Source: a virus
Length of the DNA stretch: 64,000 nt
IMG/VR virus record: IMGVR_UViG_3300034103_001442
Span: 87,741 to 151,740 of that record
Reading direction: 5' to 3' (one strand)
Position 1 is the stretch's first letter. Each line of letters opens with the position of its first letter. Below the pieces are notes generated by a model, which saw nothing but the letters and a program-made list of their open reading frames with translations, was not told the DNA's origin and did not search any database. Positions 9,685-18,421 of the stretch are shown here, piece after piece. Both the position numbers and the translations under genes were made by a program.

Positions 9685-12189
9685 CTATGAGAAAAAGTCC
9701 TCAAGTGTTGCTGTTTTTTCAACGTGCCAACCAATGGTGCTGATAATACTTTTGATCGGCTCAATATACGCTTTATCAAATTGAGTTTCGTAGTCAATGA
9801 AATTTTCCAACCCAAACTCTTTCGGCAAACCACTAGGACAAGACAGCACAGTTATGTTATATGGGTTTGGTTTCTTCATGTAACAGAATTTGATCTTTTC
9901 ACCACTTGCTATACCCTGATATTTATTCGTCAGATGTTTTTTCTCAATCAGGTGGTTGAAAAATATCGCACCCTTGACATGAATGGGTGTGCCCTTCTCA
10001 TATAACAAGTTCTGGTTTTGAGCCCATTTCTCAATATCAGTCACACCTCGCGGGAATGCGACATCCTCAAACTCCATCTTTCTAAACTCACCACGGAAGT
10101 TTTCGATAAACCTGTGAAGTGCTGACTCGTTCTCATTCATGATAATCTCAAGTGACTTCTTAATGTTATCACGACATGACGATGGGGTTGAGGAGCGGAC
10201 AGCCTCAATGCCCATCATCTTGAGTTTTGGCTTATCATACAGCACACCCTCTTGATCCCACACGTTGAGGATGTACATTTTCTTCGCCTTCCAAATACCC
10301 TTATTGGCGATAGCCTCACGCTTCATGATCATCTTTTGTTGAGCAGCGTGCATATAGTTCGCAAGTTCTTGATAGACACTGTCAATGTATGGCTCAAGTT
10401 TCTTTTGGCAAACCGTATCAATGAACTTGACAATCTTTTTGTCATCAGTTTCATTTGGCATAACTTCTTGAACCAAACGGTCAAGAGTGATGTACACTGA
10501 GTCAGTATCAGACGCAATGACATAATCTTTTTCTTTTGTCTTGAACAGTTTGTTGAGGTACTCATTGAGTTTACCCTCAATCCAACGGATGGACAACTGA
10601 CCAGACATAGTGATTGCCTCCGCATGGTTGATATCATACCAGCGGAAGTATTGATTACCCAACGCACCGTAAGCGGAGTTCAGCTGAATCTTTTTCGCCA
10701 TTTGCATGTTGTTGAGACGAGCAATTTCTTTCAGCAGTGCAGGGTTTTTGAACTTCTCATATTCTTTCTTGACCTCAATCATTTGCTTCTTGTACACTAC
10801 ACGGTCGTTGTACATCTTTTGCATTAGTGCGGGCAAGAACCCTTGACGCTCTTTTGAATACACGCAAAGGTTAGCGGCAATGGCGCAATTCATTTTGTCA
10901 AGGTATTCGTGGTAGTCAGTTATTTTGCCATCCAATATTTCCTCAATGGAATGCGACTGCTTGAGTTTAGTCACAAACGTCTCGGGGGAGATATTATACT
11001 GCATAATCAAGTGGGGGTAAAGTGAGTTGAGGTCGAATGATACAACCCATTTGCTCAACCCAACCTTTGGGTCTTTGACATAGCCACCAACTAGTGACTT
11101 ACAGTTTTTGTTTTTATCAAACTGCGGGATGACGATGTTTTTACCACGGAGGTAGTTATGTACAATAACATCCCACTGCTTAACTGAGGCAAGTGTATCT
11201 TCATAGTTGACCTTGGCGTCATATGACAGCGCATAGACCAACTCAATGAATTTCATTTTGTCTTCGAGTTTTTCAATCAGTTCAACGTCACGGATGTTAT
11301 ACTCAATATACTTTTGAAAGTTTGAGTTGTACATATCTTGCAAGCCAGTATACTCTGAATAGTCCAGTTTGCGCTCACCAAGTTCAACGTTGGCAATATG
11401 ATCTAGGCGATATGACTCCTGTTGAGTGTAGGTGAATTTTTTGTACAGGTTTTGATAGTCAAGCACGTTGACCCCAACTGGACTGTAGGCGATGTTTTCA
11501 CGCCCACGGATTTGAACTTTGTATTCTTCCAAAATGTTCCAAGGTGACAAACGTTTAGCATCATCATCGCCAAGTACATTTTTGATTCGGTTTACAAGGT
11601 ACGGAATATCAAAGAACTCAATGTTCCAACCAGTGACTACATCAGGGAGATATTCCTCACTATTCCAAATCTCAAGGAAAACACGGAGCAATGCAGCCTC
11701 ATCAGTGCACTTGTAGTACTTGATATTGTCTTGATGCTCGGTATAGTCACCGCAACCAAATACAACCTTTTTGCCATCACGTGACATAGTGATGGCTGTG
11801 ACTTCGTTCAGTGCGGTGTCCACTCGGGGAAAACCGTTATCAATGCTAACCTCAATGTCGATGCTAACTACTGAAATCAGCGAGGGATCATACTTAACCT
11901 CTCCATGAAAGGTGTCATAAATGTAGAGGTAGGTGAAGTCACTGAGTCCATACAGGCTCATACCCTGCACACCCTCATACTTTTGTAGGAACTCTCGACC
12001 TTCAGACATACTGCTGAAGTCTACACGACCGACATATTCACCCTTGAGATTTTTATACTCAGTAGCCTTGTTCGAGGGTATAAATAGATATGGCTTGTAC
12101 TGGACGGACTTTTTATATGGTTTACCATTTTGGTAACCTCTGACCAGTATCTGGTTACGGTGCCTTGTTACGTTCGTGTAAAAATGCAT
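9685..12189 (-). CDS. 43: family B DNA polymerase
   Basis: Exo DIEV, FDLNSLYP, KIQLNSAYG, SDTDS; start MHFYTNV after GGAG; C-terminal ATLEDFFS. Confidence 0.97.
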   Translation of the reverse strand: MHFYTNVTRHRNQILVRGYQNGKPYKKSVQYKPYLFIPSNKATEYKNLKGEYVGRVDFSSMSEGREFLQKYEGVQGMSLYGLSDFTYLYIYDTFHGEVKYDPSLISVVSIDIEVSIDNGFPRVDTALNEVTAITMSRDGKKVVFGCGDYTEHQDNIKYYKCTDEAALLRVFLEIWNSEEYLPDVVTGWNIEFFDIPYLVNRIKNVLGDDDAKRLSPWNILEEYKVQIRGRENIAYSPVGVNVLDYQNLYKKFTYTQQESYRLDHIANVELGERKLDYSEYTGLQDMYNSNFQKYIEYNIRDVELIEKLEDKMKFIELVYALSYDAKVNYEDTLASVKQWDVIVHNYLRGKNIVIPQFDKNKNCKSLVGGYVKDPKVGLSKWVVSFDLNSLYPHLIMQYNISPETFVTKLKQSHSIEEILDGKITDYHEYLDKMNCAIAANLCVYSKERQGFLPALMQKMYNDRVVYKKQMIEVKKEYEKFKNPALLKEIARLNNMQMAKKIQLNSAYGALGNQYFRWYDINHAEAITMSGQLSIRWIEGKLNEYLNKLFKTKEKDYVIASDTDSVYITLDRLVQEVMPNETDDKKIVKFIDTVCQKKLEPYIDSVYQELANYMHAAQQKMIMKREAIANKGIWKAKKMYILNVWDQEGVLYDKPKLKMMGIEAVRSSTPSSCRDNIKKSLEIIMNENESALHRFIENFRGEFRKMEFEDVAFPRGVTDIEKWAQNQNLLYEKGTPIHVKGAIFFNHLIEKKHLTNKYQGIASGEKIKFCYMKKPNPYNITVLSCPSGLPKEFGLENFIDYETQFDKAYIEPIKSIISTIGWHVEKTATLEDFFS

Positions 12190-12253
12190 AAATACTCCCA
12201 TTGAACTGACAAGTATACCTGAATGAGTTAATAAAGAAAAGCGCGAGGGAAAT

Positions 12254-13426
12254 ATGAGTTTAGCCAACCTACAAAAAAAGATGGGCATCGTCTCCGATGG
12301 TGCTTTTGGACCAGGAACATTAAAGGCAGCAATGGCGTACTACAAACTGACGCCAAATCGTGCTGCACACTTCTTTGCCCAAACGGCACATGAGTCTGGT
12401 AATTTCAAAGCATTTAGTGAAAACCTCAGTTACTCAGCAGATGGTTTGCTGAAAATTTTTGGTAAGTATTTCAATCCAGGCAACGTTACAAGTTATGCCC
12501 GCCAACCTGAAAAAATTGCCAACCGTGTATATGCCAACCGCATGGGTAATGGTAATGAGGCAAGTGGTGATGGTTGGAAGTATCGTGGGCGTGGCGCATT
12601 GCAATTAACTGGTAAAGACAACTATGCCGCATTTGCGAAATATTTAAACAAACCAGAAATTATGACAAACCCAGACTTGGTCGCGACCGAATATGCATTT
12701 GAATCCGCAATGTTTTTCTTTCAAAAGAATAACCTCTGGGCGATTTGTGATAGTGGCGTTAGCGATTCAACTATTTTAGCAATGACCAAAAAAATCAATG
12801 GTGGCACTCACGGTCTTGCTGACCGTAAAGAGAAAACAATTAAGTACCTCGGTTGGTCAATGTCAAACGCACAACCAACAAAGGCAGCACCCCCTCCAGC
12901 CCCAGCAAAGCCAGCAGCAGCGCCAGCCAAGCCAACTACAAAATTATCCCCTGATACTGTTTTGTCTGAAAATTTTAAACTTGGTGAGTTCATAAAATCA
13001 GAAACCGCAATACGTAAAGGTATTGACAACAGCCCAAGCGAGGAACATCTTGAAAATCTTAAACTTGTATGCCAAAAAATTCTTGAACCAGTTAGGAAAC
13101 ACTTCGGCAAACCAATTCGTATTAATAGTGGGTACCGTGGTCCTGCTCTTAATGCTGCTGTTGGCGGATCAAAAACTTCGCAGCATTGCAACGGAGAGGC
13201 AGTCGACTTTGAAATTGACGGACTTGCCAATCCTGAACTAGCAAAGTGGGTTGCTGCCAACTGTGACTTTGACCAAATCATTCTTGAGTTCTATGACCCA
13301 AAGGAAGGACCAAACAGTGGTTGGGTTCATGCAAGTTATACAAACAAAAAACCAAACCGCAAACAAACAATGACGGCATCAAGTGCTGGCGGTAAAACCG
13401 TTTACACTCCTGGATTTAAAATATGA
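12254..13426 (+). CDS. modular endolysin: short PG-binding domain + GH19 + Pro/Ala linker + peptidase M15
   Basis: DGAFGPGT; AQTAHESG, YRGRGALQLTGKDNY, INGG; LSENF, SGYR..LN.AVGG..SQH..GEAVD, WVH. Confidence 0.9.
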   Translation: MSLANLQKKMGIVSDGAFGPGTLKAAMAYYKLTPNRAAHFFAQTAHESGNFKAFSENLSYSADGLLKIFGKYFNPGNVTSYARQPEKIANRVYANRMGNGNEASGDGWKYRGRGALQLTGKDNYAAFAKYLNKPEIMTNPDLVATEYAFESAMFFFQKNNLWAICDSGVSDSTILAMTKKINGGTHGLADRKEKTIKYLGWSMSNAQPTKAAPPPAPAKPAAAPAKPTTKLSPDTVLSENFKLGEFIKSETAIRKGIDNSPSEEHLENLKLVCQKILEPVRKHFGKPIRINSGYRGPALNAAVGGSKTSQHCNGEAVDFEIDGLANPELAKWVAANCDFDQIILEFYDPKEGPNSGWVHASYTNKKPNRKQTMTASSAGGKTVYTPGFKI

Positions 13427-13533
13427 AAAACAAATTGTTGACTTTTATTCAAGAGTGGGGGTTGCTATTCGTTCCTCCTTTGTTATTTGTAGGATTTTGG
13501 TTGTTAATAACACTCACTGATATTCTTTATTGA
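13423..13533 (+). CDS. small single-TM protein (possible holin-like)
   Basis: Manual translation MKNKLLTFIQEWGLLFVPPLLFVGFWLLITLTDILY; ATGA overlap with endolysin. Confidence 0.5.
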   Translation: MKNKLLTFIQEWGLLFVPPLLFVGFWLLITLTDILY

Positions 13534-13661
13534 TGCAACCATACAAAGAAGTCATTTGGCATTTTGTTTGTTCCAAATGCACGCTTTGGTGGAGTTTTGC
13601 AACTGATGGGGAGTGGAAACCAAAAGAATGGTTTTGCCCCCACTGCGGCACCAAACATTAA
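13533..13661 (+). CDS. small zinc-ribbon protein (42 aa)
   Basis: Manual translation, CSKC...CPHCG; TGATG coupling. Confidence 0.55.
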   Translation: MQPYKEVIWHFVCSKCTLWWSFATDGEWKPKEWFCPHCGTKH

Positions 13662-13686
13662 AAGAAAGGGGGAGTTTCCTCCCCCA
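13660..13686 (-). terminator. intrinsic terminator after hsp20
   Basis: GGGGGAG/CTCCCCC stem followed by TTTCTTTT on minus strand. Confidence 0.7.
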
Positions 13687-13692
13687 ATCTTA

Positions 13693-14166
13693 TCACTTTT
13701 CTTCGACTAAAAGTTGTGGTGAAGTTTTAATTTCGATTTTCTTCGGCTTTTTGTGTTCTGGAATAACATCAACCAGAGTCACAGTCAACATACCATTAGC
13801 AAGCACCGCAGACTCAACTTGAATTGTATCTGCTAGAGTAAACTGACGAGTAAATGCCCTGTCAGAAATACCACGGTAAACATAATGAATATCTTTGTCC
13901 ACGTCAAGTCGATCGAGCGTTTCATGATTGCCTTTGATTGTCAATTTACCATCTGCGACTGAAATGTCGATGTCATTTTCAGCAAAACCAGCCACTGCGA
14001 GTTCAAGCACATACTTGTCCTCGTTCATGATTTTCTTTACATTGAATGGTGGGTAGTTGGCTTTACCGTATGCAGCAGCCTCATTGAATTGTTTCATGAG
14101 TCTGTCAGCGCCAAGAAAATAACGCTCAAATAGATCATTACCAAATACGTCTTTTACGTATGTCAT
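13693..14166 (-). CDS. small heat-shock protein (Hsp20/IbpA family)
   Basis: NYPPFNV, ELAVAGF, YRGISDRAFTRQF, LANGML, IPEHKKPKKIEI. Confidence 0.95.
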   Translation of the reverse strand: MTYVKDVFGNDLFERYFLGADRLMKQFNEAAAYGKANYPPFNVKKIMNEDKYVLELAVAGFAENDIDISVADGKLTIKGNHETLDRLDVDKDIHYVYRGISDRAFTRQFTLADTIQVESAVLANGMLTVTLVDVIPEHKKPKKIEIKTSPQLLVEEK

Positions 14167-14226
14167 ATGTTTCTCCTTTAATAAGCAAGATTGTTAGAAT
14201 TGCATCCCATTTCGGCGATGCAATTC
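14167..14226 (-). promoter_or_regulatory. ROSE-like RNA thermometer in hsp20 5'UTR (late promoter TATAAATA at 14227-14234)
   Basis: Upstream hairpin, then UCUUGCUU-AUUA-AAGGAGA pairing over the SD with a bulged G. Confidence 0.65.
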
Positions 14227-14234
14227 TATTTATA

Positions 14235-14429
14235 TCAATCTTCCTCTTTTCCCACACCGAGCATTGACAAAAATAAGTCAACAGCGACGAGGATGAAGAA
14301 CGCTTTGCCGACATTCTCAAAAAACAATTCCCAGCCAGGATGAGTCCCGCCCACCACAAACATTATTAGTGACAGTGCGAAACAAATTGTTAAAGACCAA
14401 AACCCTCTACTGATTAAGTAAATTATCAT
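14235..14429 (-). CDS. small membrane protein
   Basis: Two hydrophobic segments. Confidence 0.5.
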   Translation of the reverse strand: MIIYLISRGFWSLTICFALSLIMFVVGGTHPGWELFFENVGKAFFILVAVDLFLSMLGVGKEED

Positions 14430-14685
14430 CTTGCTCCAACTCGAAAAGTTTTTCCTCCCACTTTACGCCGATGTAATATTCAGCCACAGTGGTTAGTGAT
14501 TGAAGAAACTCTAAATTGTCTTGATACTCATAATGAATATCATGCTGAGTGTTTGCCAAGTATTCTGGGTTATATTCAATTTCTTTTATCAATGATCGGT
14601 TACGTTTGCGCAATGAAGATATATCACGCAAAATCGTTTCATTGACTATTTCATCGATCATTGATTGCTGTAGATTTACTTTCAT
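14407..14685 (-). CDS. hypothetical protein
   Basis: ORF track. Confidence 0.6.
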   Translation of the reverse strand: MKVNLQQSMIDEIVNETILRDISSLRKRNRSLIKEIEYNPEYLANTQHDIHYEYQDNLEFLQSLTTVAEYYIGVKWEEKLFELEQDDNLLNQ

Positions 14686-14789
14686 GCCTTTCCATTTCCT
14701 TTAACAAAATTTCTTCAACCAATTTATTGAAGGTGATATCGCGACGGTGAGCCTCAAGCATTAACTGAAATAAAGTTTCGTCATCTAAA

Positions 14790-14990
14790 TCAATTTCGAT
14801 TTCTTCCATTAGCACCCTCCGCAATGCATTTAGTTATTGCTGCATACCAAGCAAGTTGCTTAATCGCCTGACGTTTGTACACTTCATACAAAAGTTTCCC
14901 TGATGGCGTTCGCTCATAGGGATCCATTTCCATAAAGAGGCAAAACTCAATGGCAACTTGATCTATCTTTTCAGCCATTGGGTCTAACAA
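14790..14990 (-). CDS. hypothetical protein
   Basis: ORF track. Confidence 0.5.
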   Translation of the reverse strand: MLDPMAEKIDQVAIEFCLFMEMDPYERTPSGKLLYEVYKRQAIKQLAWYAAITKCIAEGANGRNRN

Positions 14991-15250
14991 GACTCCTTAC
15001 TCCCAAAATATTTACGCAAGTCTTCATCGAGAAATTCGGCAAGTTGATTCACAGGTTCAACTTCATGATCTCGATAAACTATATGCTGCTTGTAAAAATC
15101 ATATACCTTATCGTACAAACCAGGAACATCAAAGTAAAATATTTGCCCACTGTAGATTTTGTAGGCAATTTCGTCGTTGTTGATAATTTCTGCAATATTA
15201 GATTTCATATTACAAGTATCCTGCTTCTTGATATTAAAGTCAAGCGGCAA
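14984..15250 (-). CDS. hypothetical protein
   Basis: ORF track; start uncertain. Confidence 0.5.
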   Translation of the reverse strand: MPLDFNIKKQDTCNMKSNIAEIINNDEIAYKIYSGQIFYFDVPGLYDKVYDFYKQHIVYRDHEVEPVNQLAEFLDEDLRKYFGSKESC

Positions 15251-15911
15251 TCTTGGTACGTACAGCAGCCATGCGGCGGTAAGTACGAACCCACTGCTGG
15301 GCGGTCATAGTGGTGGTCTTGCGATGCATGCGGAGACCGCTAGAGCGGAACGTCTTCTTAAGGATGTCGCCAGCCTTTGCGCTCATGAATCGCGAGACCA
15401 ACTTGACGAGAGTTTGACGAAAGGACAAGTCGTGATGCATATGACCCGCAACGTGAGCCAGTTCATGAAGCAACACATACATGTTGAAGCCACTAGTCGG
15501 GCAAAGAGTGATTTGACCCCATGTAGCAAGACCAGCAGTGCGGCTACGCATACCCATATCACGCTTTTGAACCAATCGAACGTTACGGGAGCCGCTGAGT
15601 TTGGACCAAGTCTTGCTGCTGATGATGTTGTTCATCGCACGCAATGCTTCATCGTAGTCTTTGAAGTTCTTGTTAACACCACCAACCTTGGTGTAGTTAC
15701 ACAAAAATTCGTTCTCAGCAGTATACACCTTCGTCTTTTCGCTATCCTTGTACGCGCTACGACCGCGACGCTTGACACGGCTGAAGCGCAGAAGATACTC
15801 ATCATACTTTTTAACTTCTTCCAAAGTCCAATCCCAAGAAAGAAGTTCGTCAACGTCATTACGAGAAATGATACTTGTGTAGATCACTTTGCTTTCCTTT
15901 TTATCAATCAT
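15240..15911 (-). CDS. SprT-like HEXXH metallopeptidase-domain protein
   Basis: VLLHELAHV...HHDLSF; promoter at 15918-15949. Confidence 0.75.
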   Translation of the reverse strand: MIDKKESKVIYTSIISRNDVDELLSWDWTLEEVKKYDEYLLRFSRVKRRGRSAYKDSEKTKVYTAENEFLCNYTKVGGVNKNFKDYDEALRAMNNIISSKTWSKLSGSRNVRLVQKRDMGMRSRTAGLATWGQITLCPTSGFNMYVLLHELAHVAGHMHHDLSFRQTLVKLVSRFMSAKAGDILKKTFRSSGLRMHRKTTTMTAQQWVRTYRRMAAVRTKIAA

Positions 15912-15917
15912 AGAACA

Positions 15918-15949
15918 AGTATATTCTATTTCAGAAAAAAAGAAAAGTT
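15918..15949 (-). promoter_or_regulatory. phage early/middle-type promoter
   Basis: TTTTCT-TTTTTTCTGAAATAGAA-TATACT. Confidence 0.7.
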
Positions 15950-15982
15950 TTAAATTTACTTAAAAATCAATGACTTACCCAC

Positions 15983-16011
15983 TTGACTTTATTTCTCATC
16001 TTTAGTATAAT
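15983..16011 (+). promoter_or_regulatory. near-consensus sigma70 promoter, antisense to downstream genes
   Basis: TTGACT-17 nt-TATAAT on + strand. Confidence 0.65.
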
Positions 16012-16028
16012 GGTTCTGTTGAGCGAAT

Positions 16029-16448
16029 TTAAAGATCTTTTATGTCACCACTGAACAAATGGTGACTGGTTGACTTGAACAAAACGGAGTGCAAATCTGG
16101 TTCCTTGTAGTTTGGTCCCTTCATAACCTTCCCATCTTCGCGGTAGATCGGTTTACCATTTGGTCCAAGTTTGCTCATGTTGCTTCGTTGAACTTCTAGG
16201 AAACATTTGTCAAGGTTGATACCAAACGCATGACCAGCGCCATAGGTGACATACAAAATATCGGTCAAGGCATCAGCAACGCCAACGATATCTTTTTCGC
16301 CCATTGCTTGGAAAAGTTCTTTCAACTCTTCATTGATTAATTCATAACGCAACGCTTGAGTGTCAATTGATGGAAGTTCAGGGGAAGTTTTTACCTCCTG
16401 CCCAAACTTGGTCATAAAGTCTCCAACCATTTTAAAATTACTTACCAC
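16029..16448 (-). CDS. all-alpha NTP pyrophosphohydrolase (MazG/PRA-PH-like)
   Basis: LINEELKEL, ADALTDILYVTYG, EVQRSNMSK, REDGKVMKGP. Confidence 0.9.
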   Translation of the reverse strand: MVSNFKMVGDFMTKFGQEVKTSPELPSIDTQALRYELINEELKELFQAMGEKDIVGVADALTDILYVTYGAGHAFGINLDKCFLEVQRSNMSKLGPNGKPIYREDGKVMKGPNYKEPDLHSVLFKSTSHHLFSGDIKDL

Positions 16449-16839
16449 GGATTCTCTCCCTCAATTCAGTTGTGCTGTAGTCATGATACCTTGAAGTGTA
16501 GACGATGTCATAATGTTTGAGGTCATCGCCTGTAAATGCTCTTCCATGATAATCACCACCAATAAAACGGTAGTCAATTTTAGTCGTCAATAAAATATTG
16601 AGCAAGTCATGCTCAGTATCATATGGGATAATTTCATCAACAAACCTACAACCACGCAGTTGAACCCAACGTTCATACATACTTTGTATTGGCTTGCCCT
16701 TTGTATCTGGGCGTTCAACATTTGGGTTGGTGTGTAATCCAACAATCAGCCAGTCGCATTTTTCTTTTGCCTCAGCAAGCATTAAAACATGACCAGGATG
16801 AAATAAATCAAACGCTCCACATGTAAATCCAATTTTCAT
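16438..16839 (-). CDS. cytidylyltransferase (TagD/RfaE-II-like)
   Basis: GAFDLFHPGH, LIVGL, VDEIIPY, YSTT. Confidence 0.9.
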   Translation of the reverse strand: MKIGFTCGAFDLFHPGHVLMLAEAKEKCDWLIVGLHTNPNVERPDTKGKPIQSMYERWVQLRGCRFVDEIIPYDTEHDLLNILLTTKIDYRFIGGDYHGRAFTGDDLKHYDIVYTSRYHDYSTTELRERIRGK

Positions 16840-16932
16840 TTTATTTTACCTCGCTTACGCATATCTTTGTATTCAGTGAATGACATCCTATATTGGGCTG
16901 ATGGGTGTTTAAGGTAGTCTTGATACCAACCC

Positions 16933-17421
16933 TTACTGTTTCTCTTTGCTGGCGCGTTCTGCTTTTCTTCTTTTTTTAACATGCTCCATCCACCTTGCAT
17001 AAAGTCCTTCCTCTTTCCCATAGGCTTCAATTTCCCATGGGCTGTCATAGTAATCATCTAATTCATCGCCAGAGTTTTTCCACAGTTTACCTTTCCAGTA
17101 GGTCTTGATAATATCCCCACGCTTGATATGGTCTTTCATCTCTCCAGTTAGCCACTGTTTGAGATGCACAACCTCATGCGCGAGAGTCTTAAACTTCGAC
17201 TTCCTGTCAAGTTTGCTGTGTATTGTTATTTCGTATGTTTTTGGGCGATTTGTGTTAACACAAGATCCTTGATCGCTCTTCATCTCTGCGAGTCTAAAGA
17301 TGAGTGTAACATTATTTAGTTTTCTTTTCGAGACACCAAGTTTATGCAAGTAAAAATAGCAGGCATCAGTAACGCTCTCACGAAACTTTTTGTTCGTTCT
17401 CCCTCGGAAGGTGATTCGCAT
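16933..17421 (-). CDS. HEXXH metallopeptidase-like protein
   Basis: LAHEVVHLKQ...PWEIEAYG. Confidence 0.8.
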   Translation of the reverse strand: MRITFRGRTNKKFRESVTDACYFYLHKLGVSKRKLNNVTLIFRLAEMKSDQGSCVNTNRPKTYEITIHSKLDRKSKFKTLAHEVVHLKQWLTGEMKDHIKRGDIIKTYWKGKLWKNSGDELDDYYDSPWEIEAYGKEEGLYARWMEHVKKRRKAERASKEKQ

Positions 17422-17463
17422 AGAGTGAACTCCAGAATTTAGAGCGTCACTCTATATATAAAA

Positions 17464-17700
17464 TCAGATCTTGTCCATATACCTCTTCATGAATTTATGC
17501 ATCAGTTTGTACTGCACCATCGTAGGAACATTGAAGAATGGAGACTCGAGAACAAATGGACATCCTTGATCCCATTTACCATACTTCATGAAGTGTGCAT
17601 ACTCTAACAGATGAGAGTTGTCACTTGGGTCGAATCTTACTAAATTCCTTTTCCGCTTTAAAAATGTTCCACTTGGTGTAAAGTCCAACTTCTCGACCAT
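17464..17700 (-). CDS. hypothetical protein
   Basis: RFDP...GKW..GCPFVLE pattern; start uncertain, overlaps upstream gene. Confidence 0.55.
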   Translation of the reverse strand: MVEKLDFTPSGTFLKRKRNLVRFDPSDNSHLLEYAHFMKYGKWDQGCPFVLESPFFNVPTMVQYKLMHKFMKRYMDKI

Positions 17701-18118
17701 ATGCTTCAATCTCCCATGGGGAATCGAGGACTGTAATATACTCACGTTTTGTCTCCTTCCAAAGTTTACCACGCCATAAGACTGAGGGTGGCTTGCCATC
17801 TACAAACAAGTCTTTGATCTCACCTTTCGCATACTGTTTGACATGAACCATCTCATGCGCCAGTGCTCTAAATGGATCTGATTCGTTCGTATATCTCTTT
17901 TTGTCATCACGCAGGTGAATCGTGAACACGCGAGGAGGATTGACATCGTCTGCGTTTTCACAAAACCCAGACAGATCTAATTTCTTATGCAACTTGATCA
18001 GAATTGATAGGTTGTTAACCATCCGAGGATCCATAAGTAGCAAACCGTATAGGAGAGTTGCGGACTTGTACTCATCCCTACGCTTTTTGCTACGGCATCC
18101 TGTTACGCTAATTTCCAT
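17621..18118 (-). CDS. HEXXH metallopeptidase-like protein (paralog of 16933-17421)
   Basis: LAHEMVHVKQ...PWEIEAYG. Confidence 0.8.
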   Translation of the reverse strand: MEISVTGCRSKKRRDEYKSATLLYGLLLMDPRMVNNLSILIKLHKKLDLSGFCENADDVNPPRVFTIHLRDDKKRYTNESDPFRALAHEMVHVKQYAKGEIKDLFVDGKPPSVLWRGKLWKETKREYITVLDSPWEIEAYGREVGLYTKWNIFKAEKEFSKIRPK

Positions 18119-18129
18119 TTATGCTCCAT

Positions 18130-18208
18130 AAAAAAGTGGGCGGCAAAAGAGCGGTTCACAGAGGGATTTACCCAATTTACGAAAAACCACGGTGCTCTTT
18201 GCCGCCAT
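18130..18208 (-). ncRNA. putative small RNA or attenuator leader
   Basis: Promoter 18215-18246, then GGCGGCAAAGAGC/GCTCTTTTGCCGCC stem and T6. Confidence 0.45.
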
Positions 18209-18250
18209 ACATTCAATATACTACAACTCAGAAATAAAGAAAAGGGCTCA

Positions 18251-18421
18251 CTACTTTTTTGAAATTACAACTGAGTAGTTCTCACTAGTAATATTTCTTT
18301 TTACAATGTCACTTTGTATAGATAAAGCAAACCTGTAATCGTGAGTGACCAATAAAATTTTTTTACCAACACTCACGATGTACCTTTTAGGTTGCAATGG
18401 CAACACTAACGCCTCAAGCAT
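18251..18421 (-). CDS. hypothetical protein
   Basis: TAATG-coupled to upstream gene (MLEALV...). Confidence 0.45.
   Translation of the reverse strand: MLEALVLPLQPKRYIVSVGKKILLVTHDYRFALSIQSDIVKRNITSENYSVVISKK

Noticed and set aside
15177-15953. 258-aa + strand ORF
   Set aside because: Antisense to the HEXXH gene, which has its own promoter and motif; no recognisable features
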